From Geosiphon pyriformis uo1 (taxonomy: Eukaryota; Fungi; Glomeromycota): DNA of 64,000 nt. The position numbers and the translations under genes were made by a program. The notes beneath the pieces are model-generated. The model was given only the letters and a program-made list of their open reading frames with translations. It was not told where the DNA came from and made no database searches. This document shows positions 26,730-39,709 of the stretch, piece after piece. The DNA lies in contig JAAOMT010000128.1 of the NCBI GenBank assembly GCA_016748015.1, forward strand, positions 193,538 to 257,537, written 5' to 3'. How positions within the stretch are numbered: the stretch's first letter is position 1; the number at the start of each line of letters is the position of its first letter.

Positions 26730-27196
26730 TCAGTCAACACAAAATGGGCGAGAGTGAGAACCAGGTATTGAGATGTTTTATACGGCCTGATAAAACAGCT
26801 ATTGGAATTTTTAATATTAGATGTAGATACTTGTGATTGATTGGGAAATTAGTAGGTAGTGAGAAAGGGAAAGAGGATCTTGCAAAAGGTTTCCACTAGA
26901 TACTGTGAAAGGATTATTTGAAAATAGAGAAAGAGAGAGAGATCTATGAAAAGGAATTTTAGCGATTTTGGTTTTCCATCTGTATCAAATAACATTATAG
27001 TTTCGATCATTATTATCGGATATTCTTGGGTATATTTCTCATAATTATTTCATGTTAAAAATACAATAATTAATACCAATTTTGTTTTAATAGTTTTTAT
27101 TTTTTAATTTAAATGGGTCAAATAAATATTTTTATATGTTAACAGCTGAATTACATTATGTATTAGAATTAAAAAAATTATATTAATCTTGATTAA

Positions 27197-27304
27197 TTTT
27201 TATTTTTATTTTTATTTTACGAGTGAGGCCCAATATAATACAACAACTAAATATTCTAAACTAGGCGCGGATCACGTGCTTACCACATGTGGCCAGCCAC
27301 TCAT
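27197..27304 (-). mobile_element. Short LINE-3'-end copy (5'-truncated LINE or SINE-like) with (TAAAAA)n tail
   Basis: Shares TGAGTG..CACRTGT..TGAKCC..TTGGGC..CACTCRTAAAA with the adjacent LINE 3' UTR. Confidence 0.6.
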
Positions 27305-29433
27305 TAGTTTCTTAAAATTATTTATTATTATTTTAAATAAATTTTTTTATTATTAGAGTTTTATGAGTGCAGCCCAACCACTATCTAAATACATATAATC
27401 AAACAAGATTATAAATTAAACATGGCTCATGCTCTTTCTACACGTGACTGGTCACTCAGGCCAATTAAGACAGTACTATGCACTTATAAAGATCACTACA
27501 GAAAAATGACTCAGAAAGCCAAAACTCAAGCTAGCTAAACAAGAATACAATCCAAAACACACGTGAATGTCTAACCTGACACTAAAGCTACGGATGATCT
27601 TGACAGGCCAAAAAAGAAACAAACCAGCAACTGAAGAAATGACTGACCCATCTCGGGGTAAAATATTGTTCTTCTCATAAAACAACTTCAGTTTAGCTGC
27701 AGGCAACCAAATACTGGACTGGTAACTCTTTGCAATACTATGAACTAACCTGATGATCAAATCGCCACCAGCTTCAGACCCAAAACACCAAACAGCATCA
27801 GCCACCCAGTCCCTTAACACAAACCCTTTGGCCAGCAGCATATATAAATTCCTAGATGACACAGCATCACCCAACAAACAAGTAACCGCACTATCGACAG
27901 CAGAAGCACCCACCAACACACTTCAATCAGCATAAGCGGCCAACAACAAATCTTTTTTGGCATTGTCGTCATAAGCACATAGAAACACATGGTCAGAATT
28001 CTCGGTCATATCACATCTAATGCACAGCACACTAAGATATGTTGGATTATAAAGTCTCTTTCTCACGGCAACTGGCAGGTGATGGTGCAGAGCCTTTAAC
28101 AAATAGGAACACAGAAAAGCCGAAGATGAACTGGTAAAGCCTGATCGAATCTTGCCATCAAGATGCCAAATGCCAAAAGACTTGCTCATATTAATATTGG
28201 CAAAAGCACCTACCCCAACAACACTGCCCACACACTTAGACTCCCATCCGACATAATTTATTGAATCAAACAAGGTCTTAATGAAGTGACATGCATTCCC
28301 AAAGACAGGTTTATTTTTAACACAAAAGAAGTGGTATGGCATGTTAAGAGACAACAAAAATTTAGAACAAACCGCAGTATTAGTATAAAAATCAGCTCAT
28401 TCATTTCTGACAACCCCTGAATGTTCTTTAACTTTTTTTTATGTGACTAATAAGTTCTTACTTGAAATGAAATGACAAATATGTTCTCTTTCAATCCAGC
28501 ATTTATGATGAAAATCAGAGTCAGATGCACTTGAACTGAAATTACACATAATCAGCAAAGCTTAACTGTCAGTTGATAAGATTACAGCACTAGAGGCAGG
28601 CACACACTCCAAAGCCAAAGCGATAGCATGCAGTTCAACCAACATTGATGACAACAAGCCATGAACATGCACGCTAATATTAACATCAGCATCTGGAAAA
28701 TAGGCAGCAGTGCCACCACATGTATCAATGGAGCCAAAACTCTTGATGAAACTATCAGTATAGACTTCAACAGAGTTGCTCTCAGAAGCAAACAAATGTC
28801 CAGCAACAAAACCAACATCACAAAAGGAGTTCACTTGAGTTGAGTGTAATGTCAGAGCTCCACCCAAAACACCACCCTCAACAAAATTGGCAAGTGACAC
28901 GAACCACACAGGGACTGGACCTCTCGGGTTAAGCCTCTTCTATTTGCGAAAAGCACACCAACTGAAACACATGCCATGATGATCCAACATTTAAGCAGTA
29001 AAAACAAAACCATAAGATTTAAGCAATTTCATCACATTTAGGTACCCATCTAGGTCCAGCACGTCTAAGATAGGCACGCTGGTTCCAGCACAAAAAACAT
29101 TGGGAAAAGTATCACTCAAAGACAGGTTGTATAACATGAGAGCACGCATAGCACCAGCCAGAAAACAGTTCATAGGCAAAATGGGTATCTGGACCAGAAA
29201 AAGAAGAGGATGCCAGAGCATCCAACTAGCCAATTGTAAATCCATAGCCCTGTGATCGAAAAATTTGCCGAGAACCCCACCAATGTTAGAAAATTTTACC
29301 AGATTGGCCATCAAGTTCTCAGTAAGCACTTGCTTAAAGGTCCTCAGGCCATAAAACTCAGGATGGTAAAGTGCTTTATTAAGAAAGTCCTTAGGCAAAT
29401 TAGCCTTTAGCTTAAGAACTTTACATAACATAC

Positions 29434-30158
29434 TGTTATGGTTGAAACCATAATTTTTATTAGTTATTACATGTATTAGTTACTGATGTCATATAATTAG
29501 CCACTCTATTTTTAGATAGTAATCATTGATCTGATCAATGACCTGACTGTTAACCTGATCATTGATCTGATCATTGATCTGATCATTGATCTGATCATTG
29601 ACCTGATCATTGACCTGATCATTAACCTAGTCATTGACCACTTTTATTAGCTATATAAGTGATGAGTCTCTTAGCTGTAGAAAATTATCTCTCAGACAAG
29701 AATCAAATAAATAAAAATAACAATTTTCATCTCAATCACTTTCTTATCACTAATTTTCCTTTCCCTACCTTCAAGTATCTGAACATCTTAGAATAAAAGA
29801 TTACTTGTTGGCCTTTTCCTGACATATATAATTGTAGCATTTGAAGATTATTTGAATAAACATAACTGAAAAGCACAAGTTGATACCTGATATTGAATTA
29901 TAAGAGCACCAACATGAGACATAGAATTATACCAGTGGTGATTAATTGTTGACAGTACAGACTATCTCTCTACTTTCAGATTCCCCAGTTACCTTTGAAA
30001 AGAATAGCGACTGAGATATTTTATAAGACTGATCTCGCACATTGAATCTATACTCATTCAATTCGCTCTTTAAAGTTGAATTCCCTTTGATTATTTCTAT
30101 TACTCTACAATCCTGTTCTCTCTTGCTATTTGTTAACTTGTTACTCCAACCCATAACA
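29434..30158 (+). repeat. 5' LTR of C (725 bp) with (TGAYCTGATCAT)n array
   Basis: Direct repeat of 36304-36993; 12-bp units at ~29525-29640. Confidence 0.95.
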
Positions 30159-30312
30159 TAAAAGTGGTGCTCCCTGTGAGGTTGTCAAAATTCACTTATT
30201 CCCTTATTGTATGGGTGATTACTCATATCTGCCACAGTAATCAGAAGAACACTTTGCAGCACACAACAGAAACAACTTAGATTTCATTGAACTTAATCCT
30301 CTGCCCTCCTGC

Positions 30313-31764
30313 TTGATCTCCTTCCCCCTTGAAAAACAATCCAGTAGACAATTCCAAGATTTTTGGAACTGGTTCCTGAACGAGCATTCAGCTGAAACCT
30401 ACACAGCTTATACAACCTATTATTTTGACCAAGCTTATTTTGAAAACGACTTTGAAGAAAGAAACAACAGTATCAATCAGCTTTTATATTCTGCAACCTT
30501 TGAACAACAGCCCCCTGATTTCGAATATCTGAATCATCAAATCCACATTTGGATTGCTGCCCATCAAGCAACTGAAACTTCCTTTGAAACAGAAGAAGAA
30601 AGCTACCAAATTGCCCCTGTTTTTGACCTTTTATCAAGTGAATCAGACTCGTCTACACAAACAGTTACCCCTGAACCAATGGCTAATGACCTCATGCAAG
30701 CAAACATTCTGGCCACTCTCCAAGGTATACAAATTGCTCTAGGAAAAAGAAACAATACCTTATTACCACTATTTAGAAGTGATGCACAAGATCTAATTGA
30801 ATGGTTGAATAATTTTGAGAGAGCTGCCATAGCCAACCAGTATGATGAAGAATACAAGTTCCAAATCATTGGTGGCTACCTCCAAGACTCTTCTGCTACC
30901 TGGTTCTCACAAGAAACAGATGCCAATGCTTAACACAGAATAATCAGATGGACACCAATCAATGCTGGAAAAGAAAATACCTCTTTCACTACCTGATTTA
31001 AGGCCAAGTTCAGAACCCCAATATTAATATCCAAATGGTGCATAGAATTAGAAAGAAGAACTCAAGGCCCTGGAAAAGTAGTGATTGAATATGCCAAAGC
31101 TATTAGAAAGCTAATCAAACATGTAGACTCTGGGAAAAACTGGACAGAAGAACAAAAGATTCATTTCTTCACAAAAAAATTGAGAACTAATTTATCTTAT
31201 GCTCTTTGGCCTTTCTTGGCCCTAAAAGACAACCCTACAATGGACATAGTCATTGAACTTGCCCAACGAATTGAAGACAACCAAAGAATACATTTGGGAT
31301 CTACACTTCCAGTTTTTGCTTCTGCTCCTGTCATGGCTCCTGCCTCTCAAATAGCTGCTGCTTCTTTTGCTGCCCAAACTCAAGATCCAAATGAACAATT
31401 AATTGATAGACTCACAGCCAATCTTGCCCAGTTATTAGAACCTTTGGCACAAGCAATTAGAAATAACCAGCAACTACCAAGACCTAGATATGAATCTCGT
31501 TTTAACCAGCCCCAGCAACCTCCCTATCAAAGACAGCAAAATCGTGGCCCACTTGTGTGCTATTGTTGTGGATTAACTGGACATTATTCAAGAGATTGTA
31601 ACAATCCTCCACTGCCTCCTCTAGCTCCCAGAAACAATGACAACCAAAACAACAGACCCAACAACAACAACAATGTCTCCAATCAAAGACCCAATCATGC
31701 CAACATCAATTTCTTTGGAGAGGATCTCCTAGTTAAAGCCACTGTTTATCAGCCTTTAAACTAG
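30313..31764 (+). pseudogene. C gag (start uncertain)
   Basis: Capsid-like QDLIEWLNNFERAAIANQY and knuckle CYCCGLTGHYSRDC; ends TTA AAC TAG. Confidence 0.85.
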
Positions 31765-31797
31765 TAGGCGCACCTCCAAAGAGTGAGAGTGCAAGCC
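31755..31797 (+). promoter_or_regulatory. Putative -1 programmed ribosomal frameshift (T TTA AAC + hairpin)
   Basis: In-frame slippery heptamer directly before the gag stop. The -1 frame is open into pol, with a GC stem about 5 nt downstream. Confidence 0.75.
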
Positions 31798-34700
31798 AAC
31801 CAGAAGAAAACTCTTTTTATGCTTTTAATTTAACTGATGATGACCATGACATGGATGAACTAGCAATCAACCTCTCTGAATCCACAAGAAAAAAGAAAAA
31901 AGCCAAAGTTGATTTCGTTCTGAACCCCAATAAAGCTTCTATATTAACTGCTGACAACAATGAGCTCCCAAAAGCCAAAGTTTTCAAGAACCCTCCAAAG
32001 TTGGAACTCCCAGAAATAGTACAAAAATCCGGCCCCTATTCTGTTGTCAAAGACCTCATGGAAACCCCAGCACATATAATCTTTGGCCAATTGATGACCC
32101 ATCCACAATTCAGAAAAGATTTTCGCAAATCTCTAATTCCAAAGAAAAAGACACCCAAAACCAACAAATGCTCTTGCCAAGCTGGACTTGCTGACAATAA
32201 CAATGTCACTCCTCTAATTTGCAAAGCCCAAGTGGCTGGCTACTTCATCGATTTGATCCTAGATAGTGGATCATCTGTTAGTGTTATTGCTAAACACTTT
32301 CTTGAAGCAATTGGCAGAAAAATTAATAAACCATCCACACAACCAATGACTAATGTACATGGTGATAAGAAGAAAGGGCTTGGCATAGCCAAAGCTATTC
32401 CTGTCTGCATCAATGGCATCAGCATTGAAACTGATATGGAAGTATCTAAAGTGAAAGAATACACCATCATTGTTAGCAATAAATGGCTTAAGAAAGCAAA
32501 AGCTTTGCTTGATTATAAACTCTGTGAACTAACCATCAGATGTGGTGAGAAACCCATTGTGGTTAAATGTCGCTATTGGACAACTCCCCCAGTATCCAAG
32601 CAGAGCCCAGAAGAAAATGAATCAGACGAATCAGATGATGAAAAAAGTGAGGAAGAAAAAGAACAAGAAGAAACTGCTGAACTTGCCTATATCATTTTTA
32701 CCAGCAATGACAAACCACTGGATAATGTCAAGGCAGATAAAAAAGGAATCATTGTCAATGGCAAGCTGATCTGCTGGTCTTATTATGACATGCTCAGAAG
32801 AACTTTTGACAGAAAGCCAGGCAAGAAAGCCAAATACAGTTATTGGTGACATGGTCTTTGTGCCTGGTGCTGGTACAACAAATCATTGTATTCTCCTAGT
32901 GATAAATACATGTCCTGCCTGATCTATTACAAAGATTGGGAACCAATCAGCTTGATACCCCATGAGGAAATAAAAGAAGTCCAAAAGTCCTTTGAAAACA
33001 AACCACCTGAAATCCAATTACTGGTTGTAGAATAAAGAGAACTCTCTCCAGAAGAAAGAAAGATAGACATTGAAAACCTGCTGGCTAGAAACAGCCCAGT
33101 TATCTCAAAAGAAGGTGAACCTCCTGGACATACACATGTGAGACAACACACCATCATTACCAGAGAAACTCATCCCATCCATTTGAAGCCCTATCAATCC
33201 AACCAGCACAATAATGAGTTTATCAAAAAGGAAATAACCCGAATGAAAAACCTTGGATTCATACAGAAAACCAAGAGTAAATGGGCATTCCCAGTTGTAG
33301 TGGTATCCAAGAAAGGAGGAACCCTATGCTTTTGTGTTGACTATTGCCAATTAAATGCCATTACTGAAAGAAACATATACCCACTTTCCAAGATTAATGC
33401 AATGCTAGACCAATTCTATGGTGCTACTTTTTTCTCAACCATTGACTTAACTGCTGGATTCTGGCAAGTAGAGATGGATCCAGAAAGCAGAAAGAAAACT
33501 GCCTTCATCACCAAATATGGCACCTACAAATTTACAGTCATGCCTTTTGGTCTCACAAATGCTCCTCCCATCTTTCAATGCTTAATGGACAAAGTATTTG
33601 AATTAGTAAAAAAAAACTTTGTTCTAGTCTACTTGGACGACATAATAGTATACTCAAAAACCTATGATGAATATCTTAAACATTTGCAAAAGGTTTTTGA
33701 CCTTCTTAGAAATGCTGGTCTCAAGATCAATCCAATCAAATCATTCTTTAGACGTCAATCCACCCAGTTCCTTGGCCATCTTATTACAAAAGATGGAAGC
33801 TTTCCTGATCCAGCCAAAATTGAAAAAGTTCAAAACATTAGACAACCAATAAATGTTCATAAACTATGCTCTTTTCTTGGTTTGGCCTCTTATTATTGCA
33901 AGTTTGTCAAGGATTTCTCCAAAATTGCTGCTCCTCTCAATCAGCTACTTAGGAAAAACATTAATTATCACTGGGGCACTCATCAACAAAAAGCATTTGA
34001 AATTCTGAAGGAAAAACTGGTTACAGAACCCATCCTTATGCAACCTAATCTGGATCAACCTTTTATCCTCCATACTGATGCATCTGGCTATGAACTTGGT
34101 GCTGTTCTTTCCCAGAAAGATGAAGATGGCAGGNNNNNNNNNNNNNNNNNNNNNNNNNNNNNNNNNNNNNNNNNNNNNNNNNNNNNNNNNNNNNNNNNNN
34201 NNNNNNNNNNNNNNNNNNNNNNNNNNNNNNNNNNNNNNNNNNNNNNNNNNNNNNNNNNNNNNNNNNNNNNNNNNNNNNNNNNNNNNNNNNNNNNNNNNNN
34301 NNNNNNNNNNNNNNNNNNNNNNNNNNNNNNNNNNNNNNNNNNNNNNNNNNNNNNNNNNNNNNNNNNNNNNNNNNNNCTGCTGGACTATACTTGACAGCAA
34401 AGAGAACATTTGCACAAACAATCAAATTTCTATTTGATTCGCCAGAACCAGTTATATAAAAGAAATAGAAAAAATCCTGACTGCTCCCAGAGAGTTATTA
34501 AATTTGAAGAAAGAGAAATTGTGATCTATAATATGCACACTGATCCATTAGCTGGACACTTTGGAAAAACAAAAATGATTCAGAAAACTTTAGCTCACTA
34601 TTATTGGCCTACCTTGGGAAAAAACATTGCTAAATACATCAAAACCTGTGATACCTGCCAAAGAAGAGGAAAACCCAATCACAAAGAAGATATCCATCTG

Positions 34701-35636
34701 ATCTCTGTTGGTCAATCATTTGACAGAATTGGTATAGATGTTGTTGGACCTTTAACAGTAACTCCTGATGGCAACAGATATATTATCACAGCTACTGACT
34801 ATTTTACAAAGTGGGTAGAAGCAAGAGCCACTCCAGATCAAACAGCAGTCTCAATTGCCAATTTCATTTATGAAGATATTATCTGTCACCATGGCTGTCC
34901 CAAAGAACTTTTATCTGATAGAGGAAAAGCTTTTCTCAGTACACTGGTTGAAAAACTTTGCAGAAAAATGAGAATACATCATAAACTCTCTTCCTCTTAT
35001 CATTTCCAAACAAATGACCTAATAGAACGTTTTAATAGAACACTATGTGAAACCCTAGCCAAAACCAGTGAAGAAACCAACCTATGGGACAAAGTATTGC
35101 TTTCAGCTTTGTTTGTCTACAGAACTGTAAATTATGACATAACAAGTTATGAACCCTTTTATCTGCTCTATGGATGAATGGCAATTCTATCAATAAAAAC
35201 AGATATAGAAACAATACCTTTTGAAGAAATAACAATAAGAGATTACAAAGACATTTTGCAAAGAAGACTTGGTACCATTCTTGACTCATTAGTAGAAGCA
35301 TGAATAATTGTCTTTGAAAAGATAAAACAATTTCAAGAGAAGCTTAAAAAAAAGAAAACATATAAAACACTTTCTTTAAGTGTTGGTAACTTAGTTTTAG
35401 AATACTGTTCAGACAGAGACAATGTCTATGGTGATAAATTCTCTAGCTGGTGGAAAGGACCCTTTATAGTCAACAAAGTTTTGAACAATGGTTCTTATAT
35501 CTTACAAGATCAATATGGAACAATCTTCAATAATCGCCCTGTTCATGGCACACAACTCAAGAAATATCACAAACAACCTGATTGGTTACCTGTTGTGGTA
35601 ATACTGACCCAAATGATCAACAAAAATCAGATATAA
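31761..35636 (+). pseudogene. C pol (protease, RT, RNase H, integrase)
   Basis: LILDSGSSVS, VYLDD, HTDASG, H..H..C..C zinc finger, DDE core, WKGPF. Confidence 0.92.
34134..34376. other. Assembly gap (243 N) in C RNase H
   Basis: Run of N. Confidence 1.
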
Positions 35637-36334
35637 ATAAATGCATTATTTCTAAAACAGAGGTATCTTCAATTAACATAAACAATTATTTTCTAGATCA
35701 AAACATTCAAAATGCTTTCTACACTCTCCATGAATACTGGATCAAAAATTATCCAAATGCTACTCTGATTATTGGAAAACAAACCACCATAACTGATAAC
35801 AGTGGAACACATACTGTTATTAAACCAAAGAAAACTACTACTAGAAAAGAAAGAATTGGTAGCAAAATGGATAAGTATTTGCTGGAAAGCATAACAGCAG
35901 CAATACTTACACCTTCTATGACAATTGGAAAAACGATTAAGAAAATCTTGTCCATAGACAAAAACTTGTCATATGGAAGGCAATTAAAACTCTATGGTCA
36001 TCTTGGTGAAATAATAGAAGAAATGAAGCTCATGAAGAAAACAACTTCAGAGATTCAAGTGGAAATTTTGGGCATTATATGTTTAGATGTCCCAAGAGTT
36101 TTGACCATTGCAAGAAGAGCCAAAACTCTTATACAAAGATTTGGTCTCTTGGATACAAAGCTTATTTTGCTTCAAGTACTATATATTCTATCCACAAAAG
36201 ACTTCAACAAACTAGTTAGTTTTGAGTTAGACAAAAACCTTCAATTAGAATACCCTATAAATAGCTTGATTTTGTTGGAGCTCAATCTTTTTGAAGAGGA
36301 TAATGTTACAGTTGAAACCCATAATTTTTATTAG
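35582..36334 (+). CDS. C ORF3, unknown protein, uninterrupted frame (likely start ~35678, ATG decayed to ATA)
   Basis: 250-codon open frame after integrase that runs into the 3' LTR; LKLYGHLG, IARRAKTLI, LSTKDFNKL. Confidence 0.7.
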   Translation: MVTCCGNTDPNDQQKSDINKCIISKTEVSSININNYFLDQNIQNAFYTLHEYWIKNYPNATLIIGKQTTITDNSGTHTVIKPKKTTTRKERIGSKMDKYLLESITAAILTPSMTIGKTIKKILSIDKNLSYGRQLKLYGHLGEIIEEMKLMKKTTSEIQVEILGIICLDVPRVLTIARRAKTLIQRFGLLDTKLILLQVLYILSTKDFNKLVSFELDKNLQLEYPINSLILLELNLFEEDNVTVETHNFY

Positions 36335-36993
36335 TTATCACATGTATTAGTCACTGATATCATATAATTAGCCACTCTATTTTTAGATAGTGATCATTGA
36401 CCTAATCAATGACCTGACTGTTGACCTGATCATTGACCTGATCATTAACCTAGTCGTTGACCTGGTCATTGACCACTTTCATTAGCTATATAAGCGATAA
36501 GTCTCTTAGCTATAGAAAATTATCTTTCAGACAAGAATCAAATAAATAAAAATAACAACTTTCATCTCAATCACTTTCTTATTGCTAATTTCCCTTTCTC
36601 TACCTTCAAGTATCCAAACATCTTAGGATAAAAGATTACTTGTTGGCCTTTTCCTGATGTATATAATTGTAGCATTTGATGATTATTTGAATAAACGTGA
36701 CTGAAAAGCACAAGTTGATACTTGATATTAAATTCTAAGAGCACCAATGTGAGACATAGAATTATATCAGTGGTGATCAATTGTTAACAGTACGGACTAT
36801 CCCTCTACTTTCAGATTCTCCAGTTACCTTTAAAAAGAATAGTGACTGAGATATTTTATGAGACTGATCTCGCACATTGAATCCATACTCATTCAATTCG
36901 CTCATTGAAGTTGAATTCCCTTTGATTATTTCCATCACCCTACAATCCTGTTCTCTTTTGCTATCTGTTAGCTTGTTACTTCAACCTGTAACA
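36304..36993 (+). repeat. 3' LTR of C (690 bp)
   Basis: TGTTACAG...TGTAACA followed by ATAC. Confidence 0.95.
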
Positions 36994-39709
36994 ATACTGT
37001 CCCATTTACCACATACACTCTTTGAAGCAAAGCTGAACTGAAGTCAGTATCCAATAATAGGTTGTAAAACAACAGAAACCAAATATAAGAATTGCTTTTC
37101 AGTGATAGCTTTTCTCAGAATCACATTTGAAAAAAACCTTACATCATCATGGGCCTTAAATAAACTAGGTTTGGCTAAACTATCAGTTGACAAAAAAATC
37201 CCCAAGTATCTATGAGGCTCACTTTTTTTGGCCACTGAAATCCTCAAACCACTAATATGCAAAACAGCTTCACAAATGTCCTGATTGATAGGAATAGCAA
37301 CTGTCTTCTTAGTGTTTTTGGAGATATCATTAAAAGAAAAAAATTTACTGGCAATGTCAAGAATCCACTGAGTAGCTGTTAAGCAGTTTTCAACTCAGAT
37401 CATGTCATCAACAAAGACACCAGCAGTAAAATAGGATGTTAAAGCATTCTTAGGGTCAGGTTTCCCAGATCTAGTATGAAACTTAAAGCACATCTTGTAG
37501 CCATACAATTGTTCATGTTTCTTGATCTTACAGAACAGCAGATCATTAAAAATTCTCCACAGCAGCAGTAAAAACACCTCCCCTTGATCTAGGCCATTAT
37601 GCACAATATAGCCATCAGTCAAACCAAAATCTGTCATAACCCAATTGACCCTATTGTTGTGTATGTCTCCAAAAAATTTTATGAAATGGAGACACATTTT
37701 GATCCTGATTAGACTATTGAGCAAATGAGACCAACCAACAGAGTCATATGCTTTGTATATATCTTGAAGAACTAGCCACAACTCCCTGTTCTTCTCCAGA
37801 GTATTCTTAACAACCGAACCAATAGCAAATATGGGAGTTTGTGTGAAAGTGCTTCACAATACTGAAAAATTGTCACCACACAAAATATTAAAGTTGCTGC
37901 AAGCTGAGGCAATTCTGTCAGAAATGATCTTAGACAAGATTTTCCAGACAGTCTCAATTAAAGTTATAGGTCTAGTGTTGATTAAAGCACCCTCCCAATA
38001 ATAAGGCTTAGGAATCATGGAGACTCAGGATTTTTGCCAAAAATTGGGAACCATTGCAGACACCAAACACAAATTAAAAACCCACAAGAGACCATCAAGA
38101 ATAATTGGGGCACTATGCTTCCAGAGTTTGTTAGAGATGCCAGAAAGTCCAGCAGTCTTCTCATCAGGTAAATCTCCAACAACCCTCAAAAACTCACTCA
38201 TATTAATAGTATCCATAATATCCGAAAAAGCTCTATCATTGACATAACTCAAAGGAGCATATTGATCAGACCAGTGACCAGCACTAACACTAAAATCCAG
38301 GCACTTCCTTGTCCAATCTTCCATAATTGTGTCAATAGAAGTCTCCAAAGATTCCAAGATGAGCTCATCATTAACAATCAAGTGATCTAGCACAACCTTC
38401 CTAAAAGGCTGATCCAAAATATTCTTAATTATCTTTCCTTTGTCCGAACAAAAATTTTCTATGTATTTCTTCACAACATCCTTGATAAAATTATCCTTGG
38501 CAACTTTGGACTCATAATACTTGGATCGTTGATATCTTTTTTTGACAACTGAGATGTGATGCAGAATAACTATAGCCTCAATCCTATCATCAATCATAAG
38601 GCAGACCTTAGAAGCTTCCTTCTAATTAACAGATATTCAGATGTCAACTAAGTGGTCAGCCACCAAGTGCAAACCCAAGCTCAGATTTTTGGCAATCTTG
38701 GACACCAGCAATTCCAACCTGTAAAACCTTGACGAAAGTTTATTCCTTGTACAATCAAACTCACTAAACCAAAGCCTGGAAAAGATAGCATTAGTAGAAT
38801 CCACCACCACCTCTTTAAGAATCTCTCATATTGCATTCAAATTGCCACTATGTTCCATATCAGCAAACTCCACCATCCTGGCCATTAACTTTTTTGAAGA
38901 ACATTCCTTAAAATGATTCCACCCAGTATCATCCACACCCTTCAATTTGAACTTCCACCAATCTCTATTAGCCTGTTTACGTATACCACTTATGTGAACA
39001 TCCAGAAGACCACCCAAACCAACAGAAACCAAAACAGCCAAGTGATTGGTATCAAAAAATTCAGACACAGAGTCAACTTTACACCCAGCCATGGCCAACA
39101 ACAAACACTCACTAACAAAAATGTAATCAATAACTTTGGTCACATCTCTTGAGTTACTTTAAGTGGGCACCCCAACCAAAGAGTGACTACCAAAAGAATT
39201 AACCAGACCCAAACTTGAACAGAAACCAAAGCTTGTACTTTTTTTAGACCCATTCTTATTGAAATCATCACCCAGAACAACAAAACTACTGGTGTTGACT
39301 ACACAAGCCAAGAAGAAATTAACTTTAAAAGCAAGACCAAATCTAACACCAGAAGAGGCACCAGCATACAAACCAATAATTAAAACAAAAACCTTGCCTT
39401 TAAAAAGGAGACAAATAGAAATAACATGACCAGGAACTTCTTCCACCTTAGAGACATGCCAAGCCAGAGAATTGTTTATAATAATTGCTATCCCAGCCCC
39501 CAAAAAACCTTTGTCAAGACCAGAAGTAAAAACACGCACCCCATCAAATCTGTTCTTGATCCAAGGCCTAACACTTGACCTCAACTTTGTTTCCGTGATT
39601 ATTGAAACCATATTCCCAGATTCCACATGCCAATGCATCACATCTTCTTGCTTAGCCAGCACATTGATGCCACAAATGTTGCATGTAGCAAATTTTCAGA
39701 TCAAATCAC

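Larger units (their letters stand above)
29434..36993 (+). mobile_element. Ty3/Gypsy element C (different family, no dUTPase)
   Basis: LTRs at 29434-30158 and 36304-36993, TSD ATAC (29430-33/36994-97), PBS TGGTGCTCCCTGTGAGG 30165-30181, purine tract GAAGAGGA before the 3' LTR. Confidence 0.95.

Noticed and set aside
27220-27308. Hammerhead ribozyme (CTAATGAG.. on the minus strand)
   Set aside because: No GAAA core after stem II and no stems I/III; better explained as a LINE 3' tail.
29525-29640. CRISPR-like array (also the GGAATTCC arrays)
   Set aside because: Contiguous tandem units without unique spacers, inside LTRs of a eukaryote.
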